Both the position numbers and the translations under genes were made by a program. A DNA stretch of 54,854 bases, the filler included, from Jimgerdemannia flammicorona (taxonomy: Eukaryota): the NCBI GenBank assembly GCA_003990765.1. It is 3 parts of 3 records of this genome, joined end to end, with 100 filler letters (N's around TTAATTAATTAA, not from the genome) between each part and the next. Parts side by side here need not be neighbours in the genome. Positions count along the whole stretch, not along the records: positions 18,320 to 36,537 come from RBNJ01002261.1; positions 36,638 to 54,854 come from RBNJ01002262.1; 1 more part is not named here. One strand, written 5' to 3'. Positions 26,161 through 39,190 of this stretch are shown here, one piece after another. The notes beneath the pieces were generated by a model that saw nothing but the letters and a program-made list of their open reading frames with translations, did no database searches and was not told where the DNA came from. Each line of letters begins with the position of its first letter. Position 1 is the first letter of the stretch.

Positions 26161-26836
26161 GAGTGAACAAAATCTGTACATCTAAAATCCACATATCTGA
26201 AATAAATGATTATTAATTTAGCACTAGCTAATTATCCACTATATCTAAGTTATACTATTAGCTAGTTCCTGTCTTATTTATCCTACCATACTTATTGCTC
26301 TGAACACTCTGTTCAACTTCAAACAAGTAACCTTTGTATCATATCCTATTTCTATAATTATCCCCAGTATAGTTTGGCCACAATAACCCAACTTGTTTAT
26401 ATAAATATACCTCAATTCAAATAGTGTAAAAAAGCAGAGTCCAAAACAGCTCAATAATATCTGAGAAATCAGTTAAATGATGCACCTTTATAGTAAAGTC
26501 AAGTTAATGAATATACCTTCATAGTTCTGCATTACAAAATTGATATATAATCTCCCATGTATCTCTATCTTCAACATCTCCATCTCCAGTATCTCTATAT
26601 ATATCTATCTCTAACATTTCTATCTTCAGTATCTCCATGTATATCTATCTCCAACATCTCCAGTATCTTACAATAATATACAGAAGTCTGAGCAGTTCAA
26701 TAATTCTTTCAACTCAGTTATTGAATCCTAAATCATCATGTCAGGATACTGACAGTTTCCTATATCCATGTCACTGTAATTTGACATTTATGCAGATATA
26801 GGTTTAACTGCTCCAGATAGGCTTGGACTACTTTTC

Positions 26837-28061
26837 GGGTGGCTTGGATGACTTGATTTGGTGGCAAACCAAATCCAGATTTCGCTATATTCTGATTTCC
26901 TTGTTAGAAAAAGAGGCAGCATGAAATTTCTAAGAGATAGAGCTATCTTCTTGAAACATGGTGTGGAGATAGCCTCAAATTACTAGAAAATCATTATCCC
27001 AATCTCTGTTTCTTGAAATATCTCTTGATTGTGGAGATATTTGGACTTGAAGTTTTGATTAGGATTTTAGAAGAACTTGAATAACTTGTCAATGGATTGG
27101 AGAATGGTCATCAGCTTTGGATATATTGTTGCTGATATCCCTGGCGATTTTAGGAGATGTTTGCTCTCAGGGATCCTTTGTGGTTCTCCAGATATAGGCT
27201 AGTTTCTCATGGTAGTGTATTTTGAGGTATCTCCTGGACGTTTTGGTGTACATCTCTGCGAAGAGAGGTTATAATCTCGTTAATTTCGGTGGTAATGTTT
27301 TTAAATATCTTGGAAAGCTCTGTTCCAAAGGGGAGGTCCATGGGGTTCGTATTGAGCTCGAACAATTCAATCAAAGCATGGGAACCAGTCTCCGGTTTTG
27401 ACTTGATTTTACTGGGGTAAGGAATTTGGGTCAACTGAGACTGGAATGTTTACTGAATTCAGTATGTGGATCTTTACTGGGGTCATTCTGACTGGGAATT
27501 CTGGTGTATAGGTCTTCCTGTAATTTGCTCAACTGGGAACTAGGAATGAATCTTGTTCAACTGGGAAATGTTCTAGGTGGCTTGAATGGCTTGATTTGGT
27601 GGCAAACCAAATCCAGATTTCTCTATACTGACTGATTTCCTTGTTATGGAAAGAGGCAGCATGAAATTTCTAAGAAATAGAGCTATCTTCTTAAAACTTC
27701 ATGTGGAGATAGCCTCAAATTACAAGAAAATTATCCTGATCTCTGTTTCTTAAAATATCTCTTAGTTGTAAACTTGAAGTTTTGATCAGAGTTTTGGGAG
27801 AACTTGAATAACTTGTCAATGGATTGGGAAATGGTCTTCAGCTTTGAATTAGTTGTTGCTGAGGTCTCTGGAAATTTTTGAGAAGTGTTTGCTCTTGGGA
27901 ATCCTTGGTAGTTCTCTAGATATGGGCTAGTTTCTCACAGTAGCATATTTTGAGGTATCTCCTTGACATTTTTGTGTATATCTCTGCAGAAAAGAGTCAT
28001 AATCTCATTAAACTTAGTGAGAATATATTTAAGGATGTTGGCAAGCTCTGTTCTAAAGAGA
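26837..28061. repeat. About 490-bp direct duplication (26837-27334 and 27575-28061) separated by CAACTGGG-type minirepeats
   Basis: Co-linear copies visible by eye (GGTGGCTTG..GGCAAACCAAATCCAGATTTC..AAGCTCTGTTC). The second copy is cut by the Penelope-like insertion. Confidence 0.8.
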
Positions 28062-31000
28062 AGTGGAAGAAGAGGGTCCAGCAGGAGCTATGGGAGCAAA
28101 CCCAGAGCCAGTGTCAAAGTGAACAGAAGATATGTAGAAGAGTATATATAAGGGGGATAAACAAAGAACATAACTGAAAATACATCAGCTGTTTATTGCT
28201 ATGTAAAAATGTGGTCCTTATATACAAAATATGATATCCCAAAAGGGAGGATGTGCCACAACTTGGGGTGAACCAAATTAGGCACCAAATGACTACTAGA
28301 GATAAGTAGAGATAAAGAGAGAGCCAATTCCAGTTGCAGGATAAAAATCACAAATAAATACAAACAAAACAAATTCAAATTAAGATTAAAAAATATCTGC
28401 AGACCCTGGAGGGGTGAGCATAAGTGAGGGGTGAGGCCAAATGGAGAAAGCTGCAGTGAGCCCAAGTGAAGTGAGAGGCTGAAGATAGTAGAGGGGAGCA
28501 GAGTGAAGGCTGAGACCCCAGAGTGAGTGCAAGACCCCAGAGGGGGTAAGGATGTTTTTTAATCCTCTCTGGAAGAACCAGAGGCATCAAAAGATAATGA
28601 AAATGCAAAATAAGAGTAATGGAATAGAGAAGAAACAGAAGGAAGATGCAAATGAGCAATAAGAGAGTGTTGAGAAAGAGATGAAAGTCTATGGTGGGAA
28701 AGTGAAGAGTGCAGGACAGTGTCAGGGCATTGTGTAACCCAGAAAGCACAATCAAATGGTACAATAAGAATTGGGGGAGGGAAAGAAGAGGGGGTTCAGA
28801 ATGGGTAAGGGGGGGAGGGAGGAGAGAAAAGAGGGGTAAAGAGAAGAGAGGAGGGAAGAGCAAACAACAGACCATTCAACAGAAAAATTGGGTAGACACA
28901 ATGATGGACCATGAAGTTGCCAAGAACTCAAACAGCAGACACTCAGTCAGAATGACAGGAGCAGCATAATGTAAGACAACAAATCTAATCTCAAATACAT
29001 TCAAGAAGAGTGCGACAAGGGTGATTAGAATAGAAGTCAAGGAACTGTTGGGAGTATGGGAAGTGATAATAAACAATAGTTCAGAAGGAAGAAAGAGAAA
29101 TAGAAAGATCCAAAAAGGGGATACTAGTAGTACTATATACCTAGGTAATAGAATAATGGAGAGGGTAGATGTTATGAAATATAATAGAAATATCAATACC
29201 AGTAATAATGAGAATAATAAAGTCATCAATATATCAGCAAAAGAAGATATCCCCAGTCCAGAACACAATTTAAAGAGGTGAAGAAGGATCATATATCACA
29301 TGAAGTTCATGGGCCAGGCCAATTAGGATAGTAAGAGTAGGGGTATAATTCATTTCTATAGTAATACCAAAAGTCTGATGAAAGGAGCCAAGGGCCAACT
29401 TAAAGTAGTTGAAGTCACACACAAGGAGGGTGAGCTCAATGATAGAAGCCAATGAGACTGGGGAATTCAGAGGGAAGACAATGGAACCCAAGAAGTAGAG
29501 ACAATCATTAATCTTATTAAAGCAAATTATAGTATAGAAAGAGGAGAAATCACTAAAGATCAGATGGGAAAAATGGTGAACAGACATAATGGTGGAGCAA
29601 AAGAGGGCGAGCTCCTGAGTATCATGAAGAATAGTGTACTCAGGCCCAAGATGGTGTTGAAGTAAAGCCATCCAACAGAGAAAGAAGTGGGATACCCACT
29701 TTGAAATCTCAGTGGTCAGTGAATTATATATAGCTATAATGGGACACCAAGCCAAAACGAGCTTGTGGACTTTTGGAAGAGTATAAAAAACTGGAAGATG
29801 AATGTCTGGAGAGGACAAAGAGTCCTGGAAGATGTTAAAAATAGGGTTTGTAAAAGGAGAATTCAAAAGCAATCTGGTATGAGTCAGAGAAACCCAGAGA
29901 AGAGTAAGAATCTCATCTAATTTAAGAGCACTAGACTCATAAGCCACAGCTTGAAGGAGGGCAGAAAGGCCATCAAGATAGAGCAATTTAAGAATAAGTG
30001 CAAAACTCTAATTCTTATTAGTGACTGTAAGCAAATGCAAAGACAATTGCTTGACTGATTTAAGTGCAGTATGCATGGTATAGTCCAAAACTAAGCAAGA
30101 GTGAGCATGTCCAGAAATGGACAGTGAGCAAGCCATGTTGAGAAATATGTAGTATAAAGAGACATTGGGAGGGGGGACCCAATCACTGGAGATATAATAG
30201 CAAGAGGGCATCTCACTATGATCCTCAAAAAAGATAGCAAGGTCAAGAGTATGATGAAAACATATAAGATGAGCTGGATTGGTGAGAGAGAATTGTGAGG
30301 GAGTTGCAGGGAAAACAAAACAAGGCCCCAGGGAAAGGGCAAAGACTTGAAGAGAAGAAAGAGAGCAGTCAGCTAAAGAAAAAGGAGGAGACAAAAGTAT
30401 GCTAAGAGAAGAATAAACCTAAAAATTTAGGACAAGCAACTAGGAAAGGTGAAGGGGGGGTAGTATGAGGAATCACTCAGAGTGTACTAGAAGCAATGAT
30501 GGAATCCAAGAAGGAACAGAGACACTGGAAGAGAACCAAGCTAGGGGGAAGTTTAAGAGCAAGAGGTCTTCTCTTTCCCTCTGACTTTTTTTGAAGGCAG
30601 TGAGTCTGACAAGCAGAAATATACCCCATCAGAGTACCAGATCTTACAGCCACAGACTTTTGTACAGCCCTTACATTTAGAAGCACAGAGAGAGAAGGCA
30701 GAGGAGGAGCCAACAGAGGAGTCAGAGGGAGAGTGAGCAACCAAAGGAGCAGCAGTGCAAGGGACACTACCATAGGAGCAGACAGATTTGGCTGGATGCC
30801 AATAGGCATGGTGGAGGTGACCAGAGCAGACAGTATAGAGCTAAGCTCCAATGGAGCAAGAATTAAGTTGGCAGCCACACTTAGAAGCAGGGGGAACAGA
30901 GGAGGCCTGGCAGGAGAGAGGGATCAGGAAGAAGCTGATGAAGCCTTATTGGGCTTGGCAGGGATCTTAGCAGGGGCCTTGGTGGTAGCAGTAGCAAAGG

Positions 31001-32495
31001 AACAAACCTCAACATGAGCAACAGTATGAGCTTCAGCATAAATGGCCTTAGAGACCAAAACTTCAGAGGAGGCAGATAGGGGAGCAGTAGTGGTGGTATA
31101 AGCAGAAGTGACAGCATATAATGATTTCTACTCATAAAGTCAAGTGACAAAAGAGATACTAGTGAGAAGAAAATGACAAATAGCATCAATGTCAGCAGCA
31201 GTAAAGAGAATGTCTTGGATGGCAAAGCTACAGAAAGGAGCAGTGTCTGCAAAATGGGAAGAGGTAAGAGCCACAAAAGAGACATAGATATGGTAGAAAG
31301 AAGTAGAGGTAGCAGCAGTAGTAGTGGCAGCAGTATTGGTGGTAGTAAGCTTGGCAGCAGCAGTGGCAGCACAACCTCTTCAGAGAGGGCTTGGTGGTGG
31401 GCCTTGGGGAGAATAGAGTAATGGATGGTGGGTGGAGCAACAATGTTGACATTATGGCAGAGATGAGTCTCTTTGGCAGAGAGGGCAAGAACTGACTGGA
31501 ACTGAGTGAGGAGTGGATGACCAGATGGACAAAGGTCCAAAGAGAGGAAAAGGATAGCAGATAAGATATAGATCTTGAATGAGACAGTGGTAGGGATAAA
31601 AGCAGGGGGAAGGAGAGGAGGAAGAACCTTGTCCATAACCTTGTCAACAGCAATAGAGGCCCCAAGAGCAGATGGTATAGTAGTGGAAGAAGAGGGCCCA
31701 GCAGGAGCCATGAGAGCAAACCCAGAGCCAGTATTAAAGTAAATAAAAAATATGTAAAAGAGCATATATAAGGGAGATGAATAAAGAATGTAACTAAAAA
31801 TGTATCAGCCATTTATTGCTAGATAAAAACACAGTCCTTATATACAAAATACAATATCCCAAAAGAGAGGATGTGCCACAACTTAGAGTGAACTGAATTA
31901 GAAACCACATGACTGCTGGAGATAAGTAGAGATAAAGAGGGGGCCAATCCCAGTTGCAGGATAAAAATCACAAACAAATACAAATAAAACAAATCTAAAT
32001 CGAGATTAAAAAACATCCACAGACCCTGGAGGGGTGAGCATGAGCAAGGGGTGAGGCCAAATGGAGTGAGCTGTAGCAAGTTCAAGCAAAGTAAGGGGCT
32101 GAAGGCAGTAGAGGGGAGCAGAGTGAAGGCCAAGACTCTAGAGTGAGCATGTGACCCCAGAGGGAGCAAGGATGTTTTTTAATCTTGATTTGGATTTGTT
32201 TTGTTTGTATTTGTTTATGATTTTTATCCTGCAACTAAGATTGGCTCCCTCTTTATCTCTACTTATCTGTGGTTTCTAATTTGGTTTGCCCTAAGTTATG
32301 GTACATTTTCTCTTTTGGGACATCATATTTGTATATAAGGACTACATTTCTACATAGCAATAAACAGCTGATGTATTTTTGGTTATGTTCTTTATTCATC
32401 TCCCTTATATATACTCTTCTACATATCTTTCATTTGCTTTAACATTAGCTCTGGGTTTGCTCCCATAGCTCCCACTGGGCCCTCTTCTTTCACTA
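28062..32495 (-). mobile_element. Penelope-like retroelement with pseudo-LTRs; no GIY-YIG endonuclease visible
   Basis: Direct pLTRs at 28062-28564 and 31682-32184, plus an inverted partial copy at about 32170-32495. ORF1 from ATG 31711 (MAPAGPSSS). RT motifs FYTLPKVHK..CPII, DFSSFYTI, NYF..HQTFGITIE and YIDD (29222-29233). Confidence 0.8.
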
Positions 32496-32843
32496 TTGAA
32501 TCTTACTCAACTGGAAACATTCTGGTGCTGAGTCCTGCTCAACTGAGAACTCTGATACTACAGCTATACCTTTCACTACCACACCTTTTACTGCTATACC
32601 CTTCATGTCCACACCCATTACATACTTCTATTTTGTTACTCTAATATTCTTATCTTCTCCAAGAGCTTGATATATCTCTTCTCTTTCCTCATCTCATGAG
32701 CCTTCAATGAGCATCTTTCTTTTGGGAGCATGTTGTAGCAGAAATATCACAGTATGGGATAGAAATAAACCACTGCTGTTTATTGAATAGAATGTAAATA
32801 AATTACTTCAAAATAATTTCTGTAAATATTAACTGAATCTGTC

Positions 32844-34892
32844 TGTAAGTGCACAACCTCCAAGCCACCAAAATTACACATCACCCTCTGAACAAGTCAC
32901 TGAAATCACACATGACCTCTGAACAAATCTGGAAATTACCTACTTGATCACGAAGCTAAGTCAAACCAAAGTCACAGCACATAAAGCTGAGTCAATACAA
33001 AGTCACAGAACACAAGATTTATACCTACAGAATCTTACCAATCAGGATCAAATGCATATATACCGAGCACCGAGATGCATCGAATCAGAGAACCAAAACA
33101 AACAACAACCATAACTTCCAAACACACAAACATGACCACCAAGATCTATACCCATATCCACACTGACATTTGGAATGCCATTGTCAATGGAGCCACATCC
33201 CCTCTGCCCCTCATGAATATTCATAGCCTAGCACCCCTCTACTTCATAGAAGCCCGATGGAATGCTCTGAACATGCTTGGTGAGGCCTACCGAATTGGAC
33301 AAATCTCAAGCTACTACTAGATCGGCCATCTCCTGGAAGACATGATCGAACACCACCATGATACAGACATTACCCAGATGTCCCAACACCAGAAGCTCAT
33401 CACCCGCAAACATCAAGAACTCTTCTACAAGTACAGTACCATTATACCCCGCCTCTGAGTTACTACAGCTGAAATGGTTGCTACCCTGTCCTATGGCCAA
33501 ATTGATGACATGATACAAGAACTCAACCACAAGTACCTCGAGTATGTCAAAACCACAGACAGAACCTTCCCACACCCCAATGATCATATCCTACAAATGC
33601 CTCAAGTTGGATATGCCATGAAGGACATTTATGATATAATCTACTTCAATGAAGATGAAGCAGAAGACAATGATCCCTCTGATGCCGACATGACCTCTAG
33701 CCAAGGATCCTTGCCAACCCTGATCACATTGCCAACCTTGCCAATGAACTTACAACAATTCATAACAGCCTATGAGACTTATTGGGACAATGACCACTGG
33801 TATGAATACCAACCCGCTTTTACCCCTGATTACTTCAACTATAATGAAGAGACCGGAGAACACAACCTGTACCTCCAGACAACCCTTGAGATTGAACCAA
33901 CCACTCCACCACCTGAGTACAAGTGATATAAACCACAGCCACCAGCCTACTACAACTCTAAGACTCATAGTGCTGTAACCTATAGAAGGTATACAGATAG
34001 TGAAACCAATGAAAGTGAAGATGATGCACCCCTCCTTCACCCACCAATACTTTATCCAGCATATGAGACAGACAATGCTATCTTGTGGGATAGAGACAAA
34101 GTTCCAATGTATTATTACCTCAGCGAACAAGGAGAAGTAATCCGCAAACCACTTTTCCTGGATAACTACTTCATCAGAGATAATGCAATTGATAGTGATG
34201 TTATTGAGAACTACCCAGACAGTACCTAAACCATAAATAGCCTAGTAGTCATAGTATAGTTAGAGTAGCCTTGTATGATATGACTGTGAACTGACTCAGC
34301 ACAGACAATCTCTTGATATGTCAGATCACACTTGTACTATGTGACTGTATTTCGACTCAGCAAAGCACTTAGTGCTACATCCATATTCAGCATAGTTAAG
34401 ATAGCCCCTCACTAGTATAAATATCCCCTCCCCCAGTCCTCAGAATCTCAGACTCGAATACACAAGAACATTCCCTATAATATCTCTTTACACAACTACT
34501 CCTAGTATAGCAATATCATGAATAGCAAATAAACCCATTCAAATAACCCACAAACCACCCTTAAGTAAATCCACTCCCCATTAGGTCCTACTCCTAACCC
34601 CATTACGAAATTTCCTAATTGGGTATTGTCTGCAGCAATATGCTGATTCAACTAAGCTGGTCTTAGTTTCTTGAACTTCCTGAAATATGGAAAATCCTGA
34701 ACATCCAGAACTAGTCCAAAAGAGGACTTTGGTTGAGACGTCAATCCAAACTTGAAATCAATAAGCATAGAGGACATACTCCATACAAAATTGATCTTGA
34801 CCATAAGAAAACGGTCTTCTAGAACATCCAGAACTTCCAGAAAACCCTTCCAGAACTATATAACGGTTACTCTAAAAAGCAACCCTCTTACA
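32844..34892 (+). mobile_element. 2049-bp solo LTR
   Basis: Ends TGTAAG...CTTACA. 5-bp TSD CTGTC at 32839-32843 and 34893-34897. TATA-like GTATAAATA at about 34415 and AATAAA at about 34528. No gag or pol. Confidence 0.85.
33132..34229 (+). pseudogene. LTR-embedded unknown ORF, copy B (365 codons, 3 internal stops, no frameshift)
   Basis: One frame joins the tracked ORFs 33075-33320 and 33474-33926 and runs on to TAA 34227-34229. The internal stops are TAG/TGA, each one C>T change from CAG/CGA. Confidence 0.75.
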
Positions 34893-35868
34893 CTGTCATA
34901 ATGATAGTAGAGGTATAAGTTCTAAAAGAATAAAAACAAGTAAAGCAGATGTACATTGATACAGTATTTGTTTTTATTTTGGTGTCAATCCATAACAACC
35001 TCACATTACTTATATACCTGAATTCTGAAGTACTGTGTTTTCTTGAAACATATCTATGAATACAGAATCACTAAGCCACAATCAATATCTCTCTGTAAAA
35101 TATAGAATCACTAAGCTACAATCAATACCTCTGACATCACATAGAACTAGCCTGTCATTATGAACTCACTCATAGTAATGTTACATATCAAAAATATTAG
35201 TATATATATATATTTATAAAATAATATATATACATAAAGAATATATAATACAGTAAATAAATAAATACTACTGAATAAGAAAATATATTAGAATATTTAT
35301 ATATAGAAGATAGAAAAATATATAAATATCCAAAATATACAAAAATGTTTAAATGTTTAAAGAGTATATATCAGAGACTATATGTTGTTTAGTTATTAGT
35401 ATTTTTCTACTACAATTATACATATTCTAGTTGCCATTTTCTCTATTTTTCTACCTCTCTTTATTTTTATATTACCTATATACCATATAAAGTCCAATAC
35501 TAGCTCTGTGGTTTCACTCTTATCTATCTTCAACTACATACTGATGAGGGTACCCTTGTGAGCTTTTTTATTATCCCTAGGCAAAATATTGATAAGCAAA
35601 TTATTACAGTCTATTGCTAGATATATACATATATAAGGATTTCTCTATAAAAATAATCTAATAAAGAAATGAAAATAAAAGAAGAATATAAGATCAGAAT
35701 TTTTTCCAAATCTTGCTAAGTTAACAATAATTCTAAAAACAATAAACACCTAATAACAGATATAGAGGTACTAGATATCATATCTTATAATATCTCATGA
35801 CTCTACAAATATACTTATGATAAAACAGAGATGCTCTCTTAGTAGCATCCAGAGTTCAGTATATATAT

Positions 35869-36537
35869 TGTGACGTCTACAATTGACCCTATCCAAATTC
35901 GGAGTACCCTGTGACCACAAGATCAGATGACATTATGGTGCAATAACTGGTGACCAGCCCAATCTGTCAAGTGATTTCACCAAAAGAAGACAAGATGACC
36001 CGAGCCAAAATGAAGACCACATTATTTAAGGAACCCTACTCCGCCTCGAGGATCGGCACCAAAGAACCAAGTACCCACCACACAATGCCTCCTATTCGCC
36101 AAACCAACCAGACCTCCCGCCGCTCTATCCCTTTGCCTGGCCCAAAGACCCTGATCTTTGAAGCTATCAAGAAGGCCATCTGGCGCCCAGATACTTCCGA
36201 ACACTTGAACTTCTACACTGAGGACCTTGGACACTTCATCAACTACCGGTATATAATGACCCAATAGCTCAAAGACACTACCGAACGAATGACCCTCTGG
36301 CATGACTACGAAATTGGACACCGCCTTCGCAATGAGACTCAAGAAGGCGACCAGGAAGACCTCATTGCCGAAATGTTAACCACCAGCCGGCTAATCAAGA
36401 GAGCCCTCCATGTCCATCAAATCTTCCACCATATTCCCTGGGCTATAGCACACTTGCAAGGAGTAACAGCTGGTAGCCTCTCCCGCCTATCAACCGAAGA
36501 TGCTGACTGGATAGAATCCGAAGTAGCCAATGCTATT
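35869..36537 (+). mobile_element. Start of a third long LTR (TGTGACG...) carrying LTR-embedded ORF copy C from ATG 36085, cut by the gap
   Basis: Abrupt compositional change at a TG. ORF MPPIRQTNQTSRR..LIFEAIKKAI..LWHDYEIGHRL..RALHVHQIFHHIPWAIAHLQG is homologous to copy A. The LTR call is by analogy only. Confidence 0.6.
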
Positions 36538-36637
36538 NNNNNNNNNNNNNNNNNNNNNNNNNNNNNNNNNNNNNNNNNNNNTTAATTAATTAANNNNNNN
36601 NNNNNNNNNNNNNNNNNNNNNNNNNNNNNNNNNNNNN
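36538..36637. other. Assembly gap / contig linker
   Basis: N-run containing TTAATTAATTAA (36582-36593). Confidence 0.95.
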
Positions 36638-36669
36638 GTATAAAAAAAAAAAAAAAAAATCCGCCGCAG

Positions 36670-38358
36670 CTATGATGACTTCCGCGTCTTCGACACAAGT
36701 AACCGTCTGTGGGAAACCCCGACCCTGGCCATCGGCAGCACCAAACCGCTTGCACGCATTGGACACACTGCCACCCTACTCCAAGACGACCGCATGATTA
36801 TTCTGGGCGGCAGCACCGCCCAGCTCAGCAATGTCGGTTTCTGGGAGCTTCAGCCGACCTCCATGGCGGATGTGCTGATTTTTGACATGACTAACCGAAT
36901 CTGGTTGAATGTCAACGCCAATGGAGTCGTGCCGCGGAACATGAGCGGTCATAGCGCAGTTCTGGGTATGTATATGTGTATTTTGTACATAATTATTTTT
37001 TTGGTGTCGAGGATCCCATTCAGGCGGAGATTCTGTGTGAATGGTCCTAATGTCGTTGAATCTCCCTTTGGATACTCTGCAGCGTTGGACGGGAAAATCG
37101 TAGTCTTTGGCGGTGAGGTGGCAGATGGGATTTCCAACGAGGTGTTCCTCCTGGACACGTCGACCTTCACATGGTCAAAACCGTCCATTACAGGACTCCC
37201 GCCGGTGGCGAGGAAGGAACATTCGGGTGGGTGTTGATCGTCGAAGGGACGTTTTTTTCGCTTATTTTGGTTTATTGTATTTGCATTTGATACAAAAGAT
37301 CCAAACCATCCTTTCAATTCGTCCTCTCGCCACCCACAGCCGTTTTCTATAAGAGTCAAATGCTCGTTCTCTTTGGCCGGTCCAGCAACTCTTCTGTACT
37401 CAACGAGGTCTCCATCCTCGACACTGTCCGCTGGCGCTGGACTCCAGGATTCTTTGCCTCTGGCTCTCCCAGTTTGACCTCAGCCTTCGCTGCCGCCTCC
37501 GTCGCTCGAACCCAAACTCCAAATGCAGAAACCAGCATTCACCTAAGCAACGACACTCTGAATGCCGTCGGTGGGCCCGGTGGCCTCACCGGCATTATTA
37601 TCGGCTCCCTCGTCTGCATTGCCCTCGTTGCCTTCCTCTTTGTTCGCAAGCCCTGGCGCAACACCACCCCGGCGCTCATCTACCTCCCCCAATCCAACAA
37701 CGCGGGCCCCGGCTACTCCGCCATTCCCGCCAACACGGGCACCGTCCGCTCCGCGGTACACGGTGCAGCGTACCTCCTCCCAGGTGCTGTCGCCGAGGCT
37801 GAGGCCGCTGCCGGGACAACACAGCCACTTATTGGCGGTGCGCTCGAAGCACAGGAGGCTCACGAATCCCGGCAGCTCAACTCCCGCCATCGCTCGGGCC
37901 ATACCCGTCCCCCGCTGCCGTCCGGCTTCAACGCCCCACCGCCACCGCCCATCCCGCCCCCGCACCTTTACAACGCTCCGCTCGATCCCCCGCCGTCCTC
38001 ATTTGGTTTGCCCGGCTTCAATGCCTCATTGCCACCGCCCAACTATCACAACGCTCCGCCTGATCCCCCGCCACAGCAGGCGAGCTACATGGCGACCGCC
38101 TCACACCATAATTCGCTTGTGTCCACGAATTCCACCCCAGCCCCTGGGATGCGGCAGTTTGACGCGGAGGACGCGAAGTGGATCGAAGCTGAGGATGACG
38201 AGGACGAGGAGGTTGTGATCGGAGGCGGCGGGCCAACGCCGCATGGGTCGAGACCGGCGAGCGGGATTATCGGAGGGCCGTCGAGGTCCTCATCGGGGCC
38301 GGATAACTTTCTGATGACCGCGGAGAGACAGGAGGAATTGGCGCGAGCGATGTCATGA
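36670..38358 (+). CDS. Kelch/galactose-oxidase beta-propeller single-pass membrane protein (5' end lost in the gap)
   Basis: Kelch blades RIGHTATLL..MIILGG, MSGHSAVL..IVVFGG and RKEHSAV..MLVLFG. TM helix LTGIIIGSLVCIALVAFLFV followed by RK. Pro-rich cytoplasmic tail. Two GT-AG introns. Confidence 0.85.
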
Positions 38359-39190
38359 TACTGCGAAGAATTGGCTGGCGAGTAGGGTGAGGCATGTAAT
38401 GGTTCATGTGGTAGCATGGTTCTGGTGTCGTTATGGTATAATGCTTGCGACTCGGCGGCGGCGATAGATTACTCCCTCGCGTAAAGAGTTGTTTTTTTCA
38501 GCTGACCTCCCTTGTCTTTCTTATTATTTATGCATTCTCGAACCGAGACTGTGCAATGTACAAAATTCGCATCCCCAAAACGTTTGTTATTAAAAAAAAA
38601 AAAAAAATGGTCGGGAGGGGAGGGGCGTAAGACTATATACCAACGCCTCCGTAACAATGTACGATATTATTATTTAATGCCGGTGTGTGGACCTTATATC
38701 TATATAAGGTTTAATGTTAAGATATCGTATCCTTTCGTTGGTATTAAAATGCAGCCAAATTTGGCAAATTTAGCTGCAATACTGAGCGTATAAATTTATG
38801 TTCCACCGTTCGAGGCTTGGTCAATTGTGTACGACCAACTGATCTTTGCAACCGATATCATAGCATAAATATTACTATGATTCCGCTTTTTTTTTTTTTT
38901 TTTGGTTTTGTTTTGTTTGTTTTGTTTTGTTTTTTGTTTTTCTTTTCCCACGGGTTCGCCGGCCTCCAAAGTTATGACGCGACCACGTGTCTTGGGGTGG
39001 CTTTTTTCGAGATAGGCAAATCCAGCTTCTAGATATGGTTTCGGGCTATTTGCGCGGTGGCGCGCGCTCCGCCTCTTACGAAGACGATGGGTGCTTGGTC
39101 ACTGGACCAACAATACGGTCTTATGCCAAAATGGGCCTGATGGGCCCGAAAATTATTATTAAGGAATCAAAGGATCACACGACCCAGGCT

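Noticed and set aside
28160..28560. Hammerhead ribozyme in the Penelope pseudo-LTR
   Set aside because: Expected for many PLEs, but I could not find a CTGANGA..GAAA core with flanking stems in any of the three copies. An Infernal scan would be needed.
28375..31812. Leu-rich ORFs that look like membrane proteins (also 49029-49853)
   Set aside because: They arise from strongly pyrimidine-skewed strands of degenerate retroelements, as off-frame or antisense readings.
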